The translations under genes and the position numbers were made by a program. From Basidiobolus meristosporus CBS 931.73 (lineage: Eukaryota > Fungi > Basidiobolomycota), in the NCBI GenBank assembly GCA_002104905.1, contig MCFE01000040.1, positions 62,001 through 126,000 on the forward strand: a stretch of DNA of 64,000 nt, in the 5' to 3' direction. Positions 1-13,243 of this stretch are shown here, piece by piece. The notes beneath the pieces were generated by a model. That model ran no database searches. It saw nothing but the letters and a program-made list of their open reading frames with translations, and was not told where the DNA came from. Each line of letters begins with the position of its first letter. Positions within the stretch are counted from its first letter, which is position 1.

Positions 1-39
1 ACAATAAGGCGAGGTTGCGTTCGGTTAGTGACATTAAGT

Positions 40-879
40 TCAGAGCTTCAGGTTTTCCTGCAGCTCCAGGTGGATCTTGGCTTTGTTTTGCGATGAGCGC
101 GTTTTTTTGTGGTGCTTTAGTTTGTTCGCAAGTTTGATCAGCTTATTGACGCCAAATATCTCCTTGAATGAGGGTAGATCTTCTTGTATGAATTCTGCGG
201 GTGGGGCAACCCTACTGTCCTGTGGATCATTTTGACTGACAGAGAAGAACTTTAGCTCGGCTTCAGGGACCGAAACGATTTCAACAACCGGCTGCTTAGT
301 TGGGATCGCGAGGCTAACATCGGTCCACTCTGAGTTCTGTGGCTTGATCCTGGGGTTGGTAGCTTTAAGGGCTTTTAGGCGGAGAAATACTTCCTGGTAG
401 TTCACCAACTCCAGAGGGATGTAGAGGGACTTTTTCAAGTGGAGGTTATCGGACCATATCTTGTTGATTCTTTTCAATTCATCCGTGTTAACACCATAGA
501 GCAGTGCAATTCCTGCCAATGTGTCAGTGTCCTTAATCCGGTGCACAATGACTCGCTTTTCCTGTAACTCAAGTGCAAGTGAAGAGGATGAGGAGAAATG
601 GGAGGAAAGAGCATCCTCTATCTCGGAGGCGATGTCATCTTCTGTCTTTTGGCGTCTGATAGGAACAAATGGAAAGGACGAGTTAAGAAGCGGATCGGTA
701 GTGGTCTCCGTAGTGTTTTTCCTACGCAATTGGCGATTTCCAATCTGGTCAGGTATGAAGTAACTAGGTTGAAAAGGCTGGTGCTCAAACACACCCGGCT
801 CCATGAAGCCTTGGAAATCCATGTTGTTCTCCAAATCATTAGAGAAATGAAGTGATGAGAAGGCAACCGCGGCGCACAT
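40..879 (-). CDS. LysM-domain protein (intracellular type; no obvious signal peptide)
   Basis: 279-aa ORF. The central segment HRIKDTDTLAGIALLYGVNTDELKRINKIWSDNLHLKKSLYIP fits the LysM fold pattern (H-x-V/I...DTL..IA..YGV....LK..N). The N-terminus is Ser/Thr-rich and low-complexity. CpG content is normal, unlike the TEs. Confidence 0.85.
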   Translation of the reverse strand: MCAAVAFSSLHFSNDLENNMDFQGFMEPGVFEHQPFQPSYFIPDQIGNRQLRRKNTTETTTDPLLNSSFPFVPIRRQKTEDDIASEIEDALSSHFSSSSSLALELQEKRVIVHRIKDTDTLAGIALLYGVNTDELKRINKIWSDNLHLKKSLYIPLELVNYQEVFLRLKALKATNPRIKPQNSEWTDVSLAIPTKQPVVEIVSVPEAELKFFSVSQNDPQDSRVAPPAEFIQEDLPSFKEIFGVNKLIKLANKLKHHKKTRSSQNKAKIHLELQENLKL

Positions 880-1149
880 CGTATGTTCCTTTAGAGATTG
901 AAGAGCTTAATGGTCCGATTTATCAAAAAACACCACCGCCCTTTTTATAGTTGTAGCAGTTGGAGCGATTTATATGAGCATCAATTAAAACATATCAGTA
1001 GATCAGAATCTCTATATAGCAAGAGTAATAATAGAGTGGAATTCATACAATTCCTGCTGCTCTTGACCGCTACCAAAAGATCTTTCTGCCTGTAGCACAG
1101 TTGGGCCATTGGAGAGTGTCAGAGGAAACCTGTAATTGAGTAGGTAGCA

Positions 1150-1700
1150 TAGTCCAATCACAACGTAATGTGATCTTTTGTGACTTTGGAGACTATATGT
1201 CACCACACACTCGCCCTATAACAATTTACTATTGTAGAGTAGAGATATCCACACCACTCAGCAGTAGCCTAATACCCATCGAGCAAGCACCCACGTTATC
1301 AGACAAACTGGTGCAGCAAAATACCCAAAAGAGCGAGCATCGTTTTCCACACGCCCATAAAATCGACAACATGACAAGCATGTGATCCATCTTCACTCCT
1401 TAGGGTAAATACGGACTCTTATCATAGATAGAAACGAACACCCCAAGTATTTGGTCGAATATGGTGGAATGAGATATGATACGCTCAACGGCAACTGATG
1501 GTGGTTGAGAAACCATTGGGAAACTCCGGTAATGCCTTAAACACTGGTCCACTCAATAGAGTTCTTCAGAACAGTCATCCGCGTGCGTTACCCCAAAAGA
1601 AACTTTACAAAGAAACTCTAAACTGAAGCCCTATTGTGGACGGTTACACCAATCTGGAACTTTGTTTAACCAAGTAAGCTTAAACCAAATCCTTGATGGT
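1150..1700 (-). pseudogene. Possible degenerate non-LTR (L1/Tx1-like) RT C-terminal remnant
   Basis: One minus frame reads EWTSV*GITGVSQWFLNHHQLPL...SCCRFYGRVENDARSFGYFAAPVCLITW...VVWISLLYNSKLL. This loosely resembles the zf-RVT / CCHC / W..RN region of LINE ORF2, but key residues are missing. Confidence 0.3.
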
Positions 1701-3439
1701 GCAAGATGAGTGCATGATTCAGCACAGAAGCGTTAAACTCCAGTGAAGCCAATGACCAAGCTTTCATCTAAGAAACCATCGCCCATTGGCCAACCTTAAT
1801 GGGCACCCTTTATGGGCCTGCTAGCATTATTAGTCGTGTTGGTCTTATAAGGTTCCTGATTTGAACATGATTGAACCTGGACTTATCCATAGGATTCATT
1901 GATCATCGGGGCCTATGCATCAGATTACTTTACTATAAGTGATAATCAGGTCTGGGAGTAGAGCCCCAGAGTTTGTGCATATGCATGTCATAAAGCAAAA
2001 AGATAGTCATGTTGAAGAGATTGGGCAAGATTCATAGCAACACACTTCGTAGACATGGTTTAAATCTTGAATAGATATAGATGCCTGATAATCATCCTAA
2101 TTCCTTAATCACGGCCAGCATAGTATAGATTATGCAGGAAATCAGCCATGGCTGACAACGCTGCCAGAAACTAATGCTTGGATGGCAGGAATGCAACTGT
2201 GGCTGCAACCTTGTTTACAGTGCCAGTTTACAATTCCTAGGTGCATATCCCAGAGTCACCATATCAGCAAGTCAAAGGGTTGATTTGGCCAGTATGTTAT
2301 GCCGCTACTATCCATCTCTTCTATTACGAATATGCAGGTACTCAGTACTCTCCAAATAGGATCATTCAATGTTGTGCTCTTCGAACATACTGCTGGCTCT
2401 TTATTCTAGATACCCAGGCGGGCCTAATTTTATGCTATCTGGATATCATCACGCAATCCTATGGACATAATTCGAGTTTTTCCTGATTTTCCATCGCCGT
2501 AGTTCACGAAACTTTTGTGCTGGCTGTAGAACGTTGTCTTTTCAGTTTGGCTTGTGGGTGAGTTTGGGAGTTTTGCTACACTTCAGTATATATCCAGCTG
2601 TAAAGTGCGTAGTAGAGCTTGAGGAGAAACATGCTTGACAGTTGTAAACCCCTTCACTTACAGAGCTAGACTATGATCTGGGCGTGTGTTTCCAGATTTT
2701 CACATGTCCTAGTATTTGAATCAACCACTCATATCCTTCATGGCGATCTTGGCCGCATAGATACCCACCTTGATATATAGGTGTGGCTACAGATTATTCT
2801 GTTCTGTTCTTTACTCGCTATGAATCCATTATTATTTTCATTCTTTACTGGTTATCAAGAATTGCTATAATCTACAGTTTCATATGGGGCTCAGCATGAT
2901 TGGATAGTCTCGTGAGCGCGGCTATAGACGTATTGGATCTACTGCAATTAGCTAGTTCAGCACCTAGAGTGTTCCCGTAGCAAAAGTTTCCACTTGGCCT
3001 AAAAAGCACACTCAACCCCTCTATGGAAAATATCAAACTTGAACATCATATGGTATTCCTCTGGTATTCTGCTGGTGTTCTACGGGTATTTTTAGTCAAT
3101 TTCCTGTTCAAGTATCTCTAGAGTCAGTGAGCCAATTGGTATTGTACTTGACCTGAGTATTATTCTGGCACTACACCTTCCAAGGCATATGTTTATTTGT
3201 CACCAGGCAGGCTAGAACGTGGGATCCTAGAAGTTGTAACTTCAATACCTAGAAAAAAATACTCAGTGCTTGAGACCACTGTATGTAGTATTTATTCTGT
3301 GATGATTTTAGAGTTTAAGGCCTAAATATCATATTCACATCTTATAGTAATAGAAATGCCTACTTTGTAACAGTATTGGAGATATTGCAATGAATGGGAG
3401 TGCTAGTTGATTGTGATATTTGCTTAATGCTTTATTAAG

Positions 3440-5930
3440 TATAAAATTAATATCTATACTTTCAGATTGTCTTTGTTGCTGATGTTTAGGGGACATTAGA
3501 AGTGATTGTACAAACAAGTAGATTATCCCTAAGAAAAGTCTCAAATTTGAAACACATCTGGCAATTGGTTAGTATTCTGCTGGTGTTCTAACAGTTTTTG
3601 CTGGCATTCAGCTGGTTTCTCTCCTTTAAGTTTTTAGTTGTAACTTTTGGTAGAAGCAGAAAGTAGCCATTTACTAGGTTTGGAACAGATGCCAGTTGGC
3701 CTAGTCTTCACTTCAAAATCTTGTCTGCTTGTCTACCAAATAGCTACTTCATAAGATATTCAGAGTTGCAAGTTGAGAGCAGCTTGAAATTTGGTCAATA
3801 ACATGACAACACTCTGCTGGCCATTTCTTAATTTTCTCATAGGGTATGTTTCTTTAACTTGATGTTTTATTTTTTGTAAATGTGGTGTTTATACACAATT
3901 ATGGTCTTTGCTAAGCAAGAATGAAAGACATACTTGGAAAGGTTCTTCATGTTGTAAGTATTGTATAACACCTATAAACTTGTCTAGCTTAGTAACTTGG
4001 ATTATAGTCTACAAATCTTAGTGATTTCTGGCTATATTCTTTGTTGGAACTTACTTCAAATACTTTCACCAAAAAATCAGATGCTCAGAATATGAAGTAT
4101 CTAAAAGCTGTCTAAACAGCCCCAAGATTTGCACATGTGCTCTTGGGACCTTTCTAAGCATATTCTCAATGCTTGCAAAGACCACACTAAAGCATAAGTA
4201 CTACCTCTACGTTCAATAAATCATTAAGTGAGAACCATATAAAATACTTATATTCTGGAATGCTTCCAGTGTTTTCAGTGCTCTTACATTGTTTCAGGTA
4301 TGTGTGCAAGGATAGGGGCTCTTTATAGAACTCTAAATCTATCATATACTGGGTATCAGACATTTTGTAAAATAATCCAAGTTAATCCCACTAAGGAATT
4401 GGCCAGGGATCACTGGGACTTTTATATTGTGAAATAACTGACCATGGGAATATTTAGATGTGACTGCATAATACACAATACTCTCACTCAACTCATTGTA
4501 CATACACACAATGCATTAGATTAAGTAAATTATGTGGTATTGACTTGATGATTTGTTGAATGCACAGGAAGTATGTATGCTTTAGTTCAGTCTTTTTAAG
4601 CATGTACAATATGCTAAGGAAGGTTCTAAGAGCACATATGCCATGTTTGAGGCAGTTTGGACAACTTTGGGATATTTTATGTTCTGGAGAACTGATATTC
4701 TATGAAAATATTGCAAGTAAATCCCAACAAGAGATTTGGGCAAAATTCTCTAAAATTTGATGAAAATGATCCAAGTAATTAAGTTAGGCAAATATAGTGG
4801 TGTAAATACAAGACTTACAGTACTTCCACTCAGCTAAGTACTAATGCAACTGGTCCTATTTGGGATATGAGATATTTAAGTTTGTAACATACCAATTGGA
4901 TTGTTACTGGCAATATCAGCAAATTCTCACCAAATTCCTTGTTGAAGGTTACTTTGCACAGTTTCACCAGAATAGTAGTTACCCAGTACATGATATTTCT
5001 GAAAGTTTCCTAGACAGTCCAAAACTTTGCATACATAGTGTTGGAACTTTCATATACATAATCTACATGCTTATATTGCCACAACCATGTAAAAGTATAT
5101 CTACTATTTCAACATTCAATAAATCAGTAACTGAAGCCTAATTATCTACTTCTCCCAATTACTTCCAGTATCTCCAAAATTCTTACAACAGGCTATGCAC
5201 CCCAAGCTCTCACTCTCTGGGGCTTATAATACTACTAATACTAGAATTTTCCCTTCCGCTGAAAATTGAATGGATCTAACTACCTAGTTTGGTAGGTGAT
5301 GATGCTGAGGCTACACCAGCAAACAGGCCTTGGGATATTGCTAAAAAAGAAGAATGCTCTCATTGAGGTGTAGATAGTTAGTCTTAAAGTACCAGAAGAA
5401 ACAGTAAAGAGCCTTAAACCACATATGCCTTAATGTTAAAGCCAAATTGCCAATTCAATGTTCAAGAGCAAAACCAGCAAAGAATGCCTGGAAGGTACTT
5501 AAAGGCACCTATTGGTCATGTTCAGCTGTAAAGAAAGTGCATCTTGAATGAAGACTGTATAACAATCTTGCTCACAAGCAAAGAAATGAAAAATCCAATT
5601 AAAGTAATTACCTGGTTGGCTGATGAGTTGAAATTAGCAGGTGTATAAATGGCTAATGAAGATGTAATAGTTACCCTCCTAAATAGCCTGACAGACAGGC
5701 TTGAGGGCCTTGTATCAGTTCTGGAGTCCTGAACAAAAAGCTTGACCTTAAATTGAATATATGTAAGGTTCCCTGGATGGGGAATCTAGAAAATGAAGTG
5801 CCAATAAGAAGCAATAAGAAAATATCTTAATAGGCAACAATAACCACCAAAACAGGTGCTCAAGACCCTTCAAAGGTAACAGCAACCTTATTAGGAGCTA
5901 TTGCTAAAGGAAAGGACACACTTTAAACTA
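3440..5930. mobile_element. Heavily decayed Ty1/copia relics (LTR pieces, PBS, gag fragment)
   Basis: LTR-like pieces near 3490-3530, 4020-4270 and 4900-5190. The LTR end TTACAACA at 5190 is followed by PBS GGCTATGCACCCCA and a gag-like sequence (5205-5930) similar to 7600-8330. Confidence 0.6.
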
Positions 5931-5959
5931 ACGCTTCAGAAGTGGGATGATATGCAGAA

Positions 5960-6830
5960 AAAGCCTGACCATGACAATGATGCAACCACTCAATATGGAA
6001 TTCACACAAACAAGAGCTAGAGCACACATATAAGGGGGACTAGAATCCATCAGGGAGAAGGATAATATTGGATAATTACTGAAAAGCTCTTTGTGGATAT
6101 GCAGGAGGTGTTCATGGCAAGAGTGGCAGCAACCAAGCATATATTTGTAAGATGCATGTGTTACCAGCAATACAAGGTATGTGGCAACTTTGCAAGTATC
6201 ACACTAAAAAGCCATAAAGTTGAGTTGATAGAAGTGTGTCAATTGCAGCAGGTGCACACATATGTAGAGGTTAGTAAGCAGGAGGCCATAGTTTTTTTTG
6301 ATTTCAACTACATGAGGAATACCCAAGGTAGTAAAGAGGGGTGATTCTACAGTGGAATATATAAACGGCACAAGGGGAGGAAGAAAAACAAAATACCATT
6401 TGGCAAATTTGTACAATAGCATTATACAGAGCTAGCAGTAGGATGCTGTACTGCCACTATAATGCCAGCAGAGGTTTGCAAAGTGGCTGTAAGTGCACTA
6501 TCAAGTTTCTTGCCATATAACGCAATTGAATGTATTGGCCAGTTAGGTCTGCTGAAATAAATGTAGAGCACACTAAGACCATTAGAATGGAATGCAATTC
6601 TTGTCAAAAGACCACATAAACACTGTCAATTTTTCACTTTATTTGGCAGTAAATTCAGCATAATGCCATCATGATCACATCATAAGATTGTGTGCAGGGT
6701 CAATAATTCCAAGCTGCCTGCATTCCAATGGACTTATTATGGGATCTTGATGGCTGATCCAGATTGGATTCACTCACAAGACCATATCATTTTTCATAGG
6801 GAAGTGATCCAACTTCTTGGAGTGCCCATC
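5960..6830 (+). pseudogene. Fragment of unclassified Cys-rich repeat family X
   Basis: The frame of ORF 6093-6344 (DMQEVFMARVAATKHIFVRCMC...EVSKQEAIVFFDFNYMR) recurs in the same frame at about 21.8, 44.1, 44.8, 54.3 and 63.8 kb. Confidence 0.6.
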
Positions 6831-7265
6831 AATGTTCCACACTTCACTATAGGCATTGCAATAATCCCATGCATTTTTGAAGCTGTTTATTAGTCTGTCA
6901 GTAGAATCTCCACTCTGTTCACAATCAAGGATGTGGAAGCTGTGGTAGACAAGTTGTCTTTATCTGCAAACTCATCTTATTCACTGGAATGTTGCTCATC
7001 TGGCTGTGATTCCAACTCTTTACAAAGAAGCAGTTGTCTTACTGGTAAATATTTTGGCTATTTGTGGATTCAGCCTATTCTGGGTTGAAGGTGAACTCTG
7101 GTGAGAAATGCCAATCTTTTCTTACACCTCCCTGTGTGAGATTAGAGCTGACTTTTTCTCTTCATACTTACCTTCACAACTGCCAGGTTGTTCATTGCTA
7201 CCTTGACTGAGTGCCTTTTAGATTACACTACACTTTTTCATTGATCAAAGCTGTACTAGTGCATC

Positions 7266-10200
7266 TGTTGTAAAAATTTATAATTCCACCTAAATATCCA
7301 CCTAACTTAGTCACTTAGATCATTACCTTCAAGCCCTAGGGAATGCTGACCAAATTCCTTGTTAGGCTTTACGTAGAATATTTACCTAGAACATGAAAGT
7401 TCTCAAAGTTGCCCAAACAGCCCAAAACTTGGCACACATGTTCTTGGGACCTTCCTTAACCTAATCTATGTGTTTGCTATACCAAGACCATGTAAAAGTA
7501 TAAATACTACTTTTACATCCAATAAATTTTCAAGTGAAACCACATAATCTACTTGTCTTTCCAATCACTTCCAATATCTCCAAGACTCTTACAGCAGGCT
7601 ATGAGCCCCAAGCTGTCACTCTCTGTAGTGTATACTACTGCTATTACTGGAATTTTTCTCTCTGCTGAAAAGTTGGATGGATCCCATTACCAAGTGTGGA
7701 AGGTGAAGATGAAGATGCTGCTACAAGAAAGAGGCCTTTGGGCTATTGTCATGGGTGAAGAATGCCCTCCTAAAAACATGGGAGAGGAAGCCTTAAAGTA
7801 CCAGAAGAAAGAACAAAGTGCTTTTAACTGCATTTGCCTTAATGTTAAAGACAAATTGCTAATTCAATGCTCAAGAGCAAAAACAGCAAAGAATGCTGGG
7901 TAGGCATTAGAAGACACCTACTGGTCATGTTCAGTTGCTGAGAAGATGAATCTGAGACAAAAATGCTTTACTACAAAGATGCTGCCAGGAGAAGAAATGA
8001 AAAATCTATTTAACCAAATTACCCTGCTGGTGGATGAAATGGAATCTGTGGGCATACCAACCATTGATGAGGACATAATATGTACCATCCTGAATAGCCT
8101 GACAGACACATCTCAGGGCCTTCTATCAGCCCTAGAGTCCAGAACTGAAGATTTGACCTTAAATTACGTATATGAAAGGCTTCTGGATGAAGAATTAAGA
8201 AAATCAAGCGCCAATAAGTTGGAAAAAGAAAATGCTTTAATAAGCAATGATAACCAATAAAGGAGGTACCCAAGACCCTAAAAAACCAACAGCAACCTGT
8301 TTTGAAACTACTGCTAAAGGAAAGGACATACATCAGACCAGTGTCTCAAAACAAAAGATAATCAGCAAAAGAAGCCTGAATATGGAAATGCTGCAAGAAC
8401 TGATGATAAACTATTCATATCTGCACTAAATCTGACCACAAACAAGGATTCTCAGATGTGGTACATTGACTCTGGAGCATCTCAACACTTTACAGACCAA
8501 AAAGAACTCTTTACCAAATATCAAGAAATTTCAAATAAGAAGGTCTCATGGGTGACAATAGAACACTTGATGCAGTGGGAGAAGGAACAATCCTAGTAAG
8601 CCTTAGAAGCAGTGAAGGAAGCCATACATTAGCCTTTAAAGAAGTACTCTATGTACCAGAAATAGCCAAGAATCTACTATCTTTAAGCAAGACCATAGCA
8701 GAAGGACTCAGTCTCAGCTCTGACAATTCTGGATGCAGGATCACTAATCAAAATGGCACCTATATTGCTTTGGGTATCAGAGATCAAAATCTATACAAGC
8801 TGACTTATATTCCATTATATCTGGGAGACAGTATAAGTAACTTAAATGAAGAAATACCAATGCTTTGGCTCAAGAAATGTGGACACATCAATTTTGAATA
8901 TTTACGCAAAATGATTAAAGATCAGCTAATTTCTGGAGAAAAAATTAATCCCCCAGCTAGCTTGGAGCACTGTGAAGCCTGCATATATGGGAACCAAACC
9001 AGACAACTGTACAAGAACTCTGGGTTAATCAAAATTAAGAAAAAATTAGATCTAATTCACTCAGACCTGTGTGGACATATGTAAAATTTATCCTTGGGTG
9101 GGATGAAGTATTCAGCTACGTTTATTGATGATCATACAAGATACACATTGGTTTACTTCATGGAGAGAAAGGAAGAAGCTCTGTCTAGGTTAAGGGAGTT
9201 GAAAGCCATGGTGGAGAGAGAAACTGGTGAAAAAATCAAGAAAATACACTCTGACAATGGTGGAGAATATACCTCAATACGTTTCATCCACTTTTGCAAA
9301 ATTCATAGGATAAAGCAAGAGACTACTGTATCATACTCCCCACAACAAAATGGGGTAGCAGAATGTGCTAACAGATCAATAACTGATATGGTAAGTTCTA
9401 TGATCCATGATCAAAGATTATTCCATGATTTTTGGGCAGAATCAGTTGATACTGCAGTATACCTTAAAAATAGGAGTTACAACAGAATACTTTGTGATTC
9501 TACTCCATTTGAAGCATGGCATGGGTACAGACCAAGTACAGAACATCTAAGAATATTTGGGTGTACAGCATATGCCAAGAAACTGCGTGGAAATCAGTCA
9601 AGATATGAGCCAAAATGTGTAAAATGCATATTTTTGGGCCACTACAATGAGAGTTAGGCACACAGACTCTACAATAGCAAAGCAAAGAAGCTGAGCAAGT
9701 CCTAGGATGTGTTGTTTGATGAAAATTAAAATTTTCACAAAAAATGACATTAGATGATGACAAAAATCTGATCTCAAGTCCACCAATTGTCAAGATTGAA
9801 TCAGAGCAAAACAATGAAAGTTTGTTCACTCCAGAGGACTCTACAACCATGGTTCAGCCTGAAACAGTGCCAAGGAATATCCCAGAAGTGATCATTCCAG
9901 TATCAAATGCCTGGAGATCCAATTAGACAAGAAATAGCCAAAATTACTATATCAATGAGGGTACAAACTTAGCCTATGCCTATTCAGTCCGTTTTGATGA
10001 GCCCCAGACTGTAAAAGAAGCCCTAATTAGCCCTCAGAAAAAGTTTGGAGATCTGCAATGACTGAGGAATATCAGGCCTTGATGGAAAATCATACCTGGA
10101 CTTGGTCAAATTACCAATCAACCAAAAAGCAATTGGATGCAGAAGGGTCTTCAAGACAAAATACAAGGCTGATGGTACAATTGAAAGATACAAAGCAAGA

Positions 10201-11908
10201 CTTGTAGCAAAAGGATACTCTCAAACAAAAGGACTTGACTATAGTGAGACCTTTGCACCAGTAGCCAAGTTTAATTCCATCAGATTAATATTGGATATTG
10301 CAGCCAAAAATAAGTTTTTTACTCATCTAATGGATGCAAAACTGCATTTTTCAATGGAGAACTTGATGAGTGCATGAATATGGACCAGCCTGTTGGATTT
10401 GCTGACCAAGATAACCCCCATTTGGTCTGCAAGCTTAAAAAGTCTCTATAAGGTCTTAAACAGTCACCAAGAGCCTGGAATTGCAAGATAGATTCTAATT
10501 GAAATCTTTGAGTTTCAAAAGAAGTAATGCTGACTATAGTATATGCTATAAGCCAGATAGAGCAAATCCAGCTCTATTAGCTCCACATGTGGATGATCTT
10601 ATTATAGCCACCAAGAACCTAAAAGCTTTAGAAGAGTCTAAATCCAGCCTCTCTAAGGAGTTCAAGATGACTGATCTAGGAGAACTCACTTACTACTTAT
10701 GGATTAAGTTCTCCATCAACAGAAGTACCCACACTATCATCCTAAGCCAATCCAAGTATACTCAAGATATACTAAAGAGGTACCAAATGGAAGATTGTAA
10801 ACCTGCAGCTACCCCAATGGAGACAAGCCTTAACTTGGTCAAAGCTCAACCAAATCAAGAGAGCTTGGTGCCATCTGAAAGCTCTGAGTTTCCTTATCAG
10901 TCTATGGCTGACAGTCTGATGTACATTACACTTGGAACATGTCCAGACATCTCATATTCAGTGGGAGTTGTCAGCCTACATAATCAGAACCATGGGTCTG
11001 ATCATATTGCAGCAGTTCAGCGGATTTTTAGATACCTGAAAGAAACTGCTAATATCTGCTTAAAATACACTTATAAGAATTCAGAACAGGATCTTGTGGG
11101 ATACTCTGATGCTGACTGGGAACAAAATTTGGAAGACAGAAGATCCACCACAGGATACACCTTTCTTTACTGTAAAGGAGCAATCTCATGGAATTCAAGA
11201 AAGCAACCAATTGTTGCACTTTCTATCACAGAGGTAGAGTATATGGCAGCCTGTGAAGCTACAAAAGTAGCAATGTGGTTAAAAAAGCTTTTTATAGATT
11301 TAGGCCTATGTCAAATTACGCCTATTACTTTATTTTGAGATAATCAAGGATGTATAGAATTAGATAGAAATCCAAATTTTGATGCTAGAACTAAGCACAT
11401 AGATATTAGACATCATTTCATACATGAAGCTGTAGAGAATAACTAAGTTAGTGTAGTATACTGTCATTCAGATGAAATGATTGCAGACTATTTACCAAAC
11501 CATTAGCTAGAGACCAGCTTGAATATCTTAGGTCAATATTAGGACTAGTCCGTTTGAGCATTTTGCTGAGTGGGAGTGTTGTAAAAAGTTGTAAATTCGC
11601 CTAAATACTCACCTAACTTAGTCACTTGGATCATTACCTTCAAATCCTAGGGAATGCTTATCAAATTCCTTGTTGGAATTTACTTGGAATATTTACCCAG
11701 TACATGAAAATTCCCAAAGTTGCCTAAATAGCCCCAAACTTTGCACATATGTTTGTGGGACCTTCCTTGATCTATTCTATGTGCTTGTAATGCCAAGACC
11801 ATGTAAAAGTATAAATACTACTTTTGCATTCAATAAATCATTAAGTGAAAACCACATAATCTACTTGTCCTCCCAATCACTTCCAATATCTCCAAGACTC
11901 TTACAACA
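7266..11908 (+). mobile_element. Full-length degenerate Ty1/copia retrotransposon (copia A)
   Basis: LTRs at 7266-7596 and 11577-11908. TSD GCATC/ACATC. PBS GGCTATGAGCCCCA; PPT GCTGAGTGGGAG. Domain order: gag (KLDGSHYQVWK), protease (WYIDSGASQH), integrase (HSDLCG, HSDNGGEY, PQQNGVAE), RT ([14 protein letters not shown]), RNase H (GYSDADW). Many stops and frameshifts. Confidence 0.95.
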
Positions 11909-13243
11909 ACATCTACCACTGTCTGCTTGTCCCTTACCAGAATAGTTCCAGCAGCCTGATGCTTCCTTACCATTATTTGAAGCTTTCAGCCCTGCTTTTG
12001 AAGAACTCCTTAGCAAGCTGCTGGTGCTCATCACTACCAGGTCCCTCACTGATACTTTGGCTGAGTGCTTCTTGCTTTGATCCACATTTTTCCTTGATCA
12101 ATACTGCACTGGTATATTTGTTTCTGCCTACTTATCCCTTACCTGCACTCTGCTGGCTACCTGATTCTTCTATGCTGCTTATCTATAGCTTTTGGCCTTG
12201 TTTAGGGCAGGCTCTTGAGGGAGCAGCTGGTTTTTGGCTATGGCTACATTATATATTGGACTTTGAGAGTCTCTGCTATTCTTAAGATACTTTCTAAGCA
12301 TCCCAATGCTGGCCCCAAAGCAGTTTATTTGTTGGATCCTAGATAATCCTCATGAAGCAGATCACATACATTGCACCTGACCTTGAGCTCCTGATTATGT
12401 AATGGTATGCCTGTCTTGTGGTGATGGAGTCCTAGACCACTTATGGCCTCCTGAGAACTAGCCTACTGCTCATCACTGCACTTAGAGGTAGCAGGGATGT
12501 TTAATGTCTTTTGGTTTTGAGGTATTGATATAAAGACTACAGGCCTTCACTTCCATGCTGTGAAAGGCTTTTTGAGGGCTTTATATTTGTGCATTGCTGT
12601 TGTGCTTCAAAAACCTTACAGTTATCTCTGCTGTCATATGTAGAAATGGCTTAATTCTGGTCTGTGACATTAAGCAACTTGGGCTCCTTTTCTGTAACCA
12701 ACACAACACATGCACTACCTGGAATATTGATTGCTCTATATGTTTTACTGGCTTATCATGCTTTGGGCAACTTCCTGATTCTTCTGGGTAATTACATCTA
12801 TCCTGGTAGCATTGCACATAATTGCCCTATTGATTCTTTGGTATCAGCAGAAAACATACCTGGCAATAAAGTTGGTAGTGACAAATAGATGATCATTTAC
12901 CAACCTTCTGCCTGAGGTACTCCATTTGCTGTGTTCTGATCTACCTGAGCATTATGGTCAGCAGGCAGCTTCTTACAGATTCTCAATTTTCAATTTGACC
13001 AAGAGCATGAGCAGTCAGCATTATTAAACTCAGTGGGCACACTGTCAATATTGCCTTTATTGAATGAAGCCCTACCTATTGCACTGAATACCAAGCAAGA
13101 TATTATCAAATTAGTCTTCTGTTACTGTTGGTGGTGTGGCTTGATTGGGAACCAGGTAATTTACTTTGTATTTTAAAGGCATATTTATGAAAATGAGTCA
13201 AACCGTAGGAAAACAGTGTTACATACGCATGTGTGCATGGCGC

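Noticed and set aside
521-866. Short overlapping ORFs (521-763, 598-855, 618-866)
   Set aside because: Shadow frames of the LysM gene with no recognisable domains.
2174-2486. Short ORFs upstream of the LysM gene
   Set aside because: No motif or homology recognisable in any frame; left unannotated.
7553-7903. LTR-derived N-terminal extension of copia gag (also 62757-63248, 11670-11945)
   Set aside because: The ORF caller reads through the LTR from alternative starts. The plausible gag start is the ATG in the PBS.
11959-12888. ORFs 11959-12285, 12581-12817, 12594-12791 and 12664-12888 as host genes
   Set aside because: CpG-depleted, repeat-derived or antisense-like text with no coherent protein.
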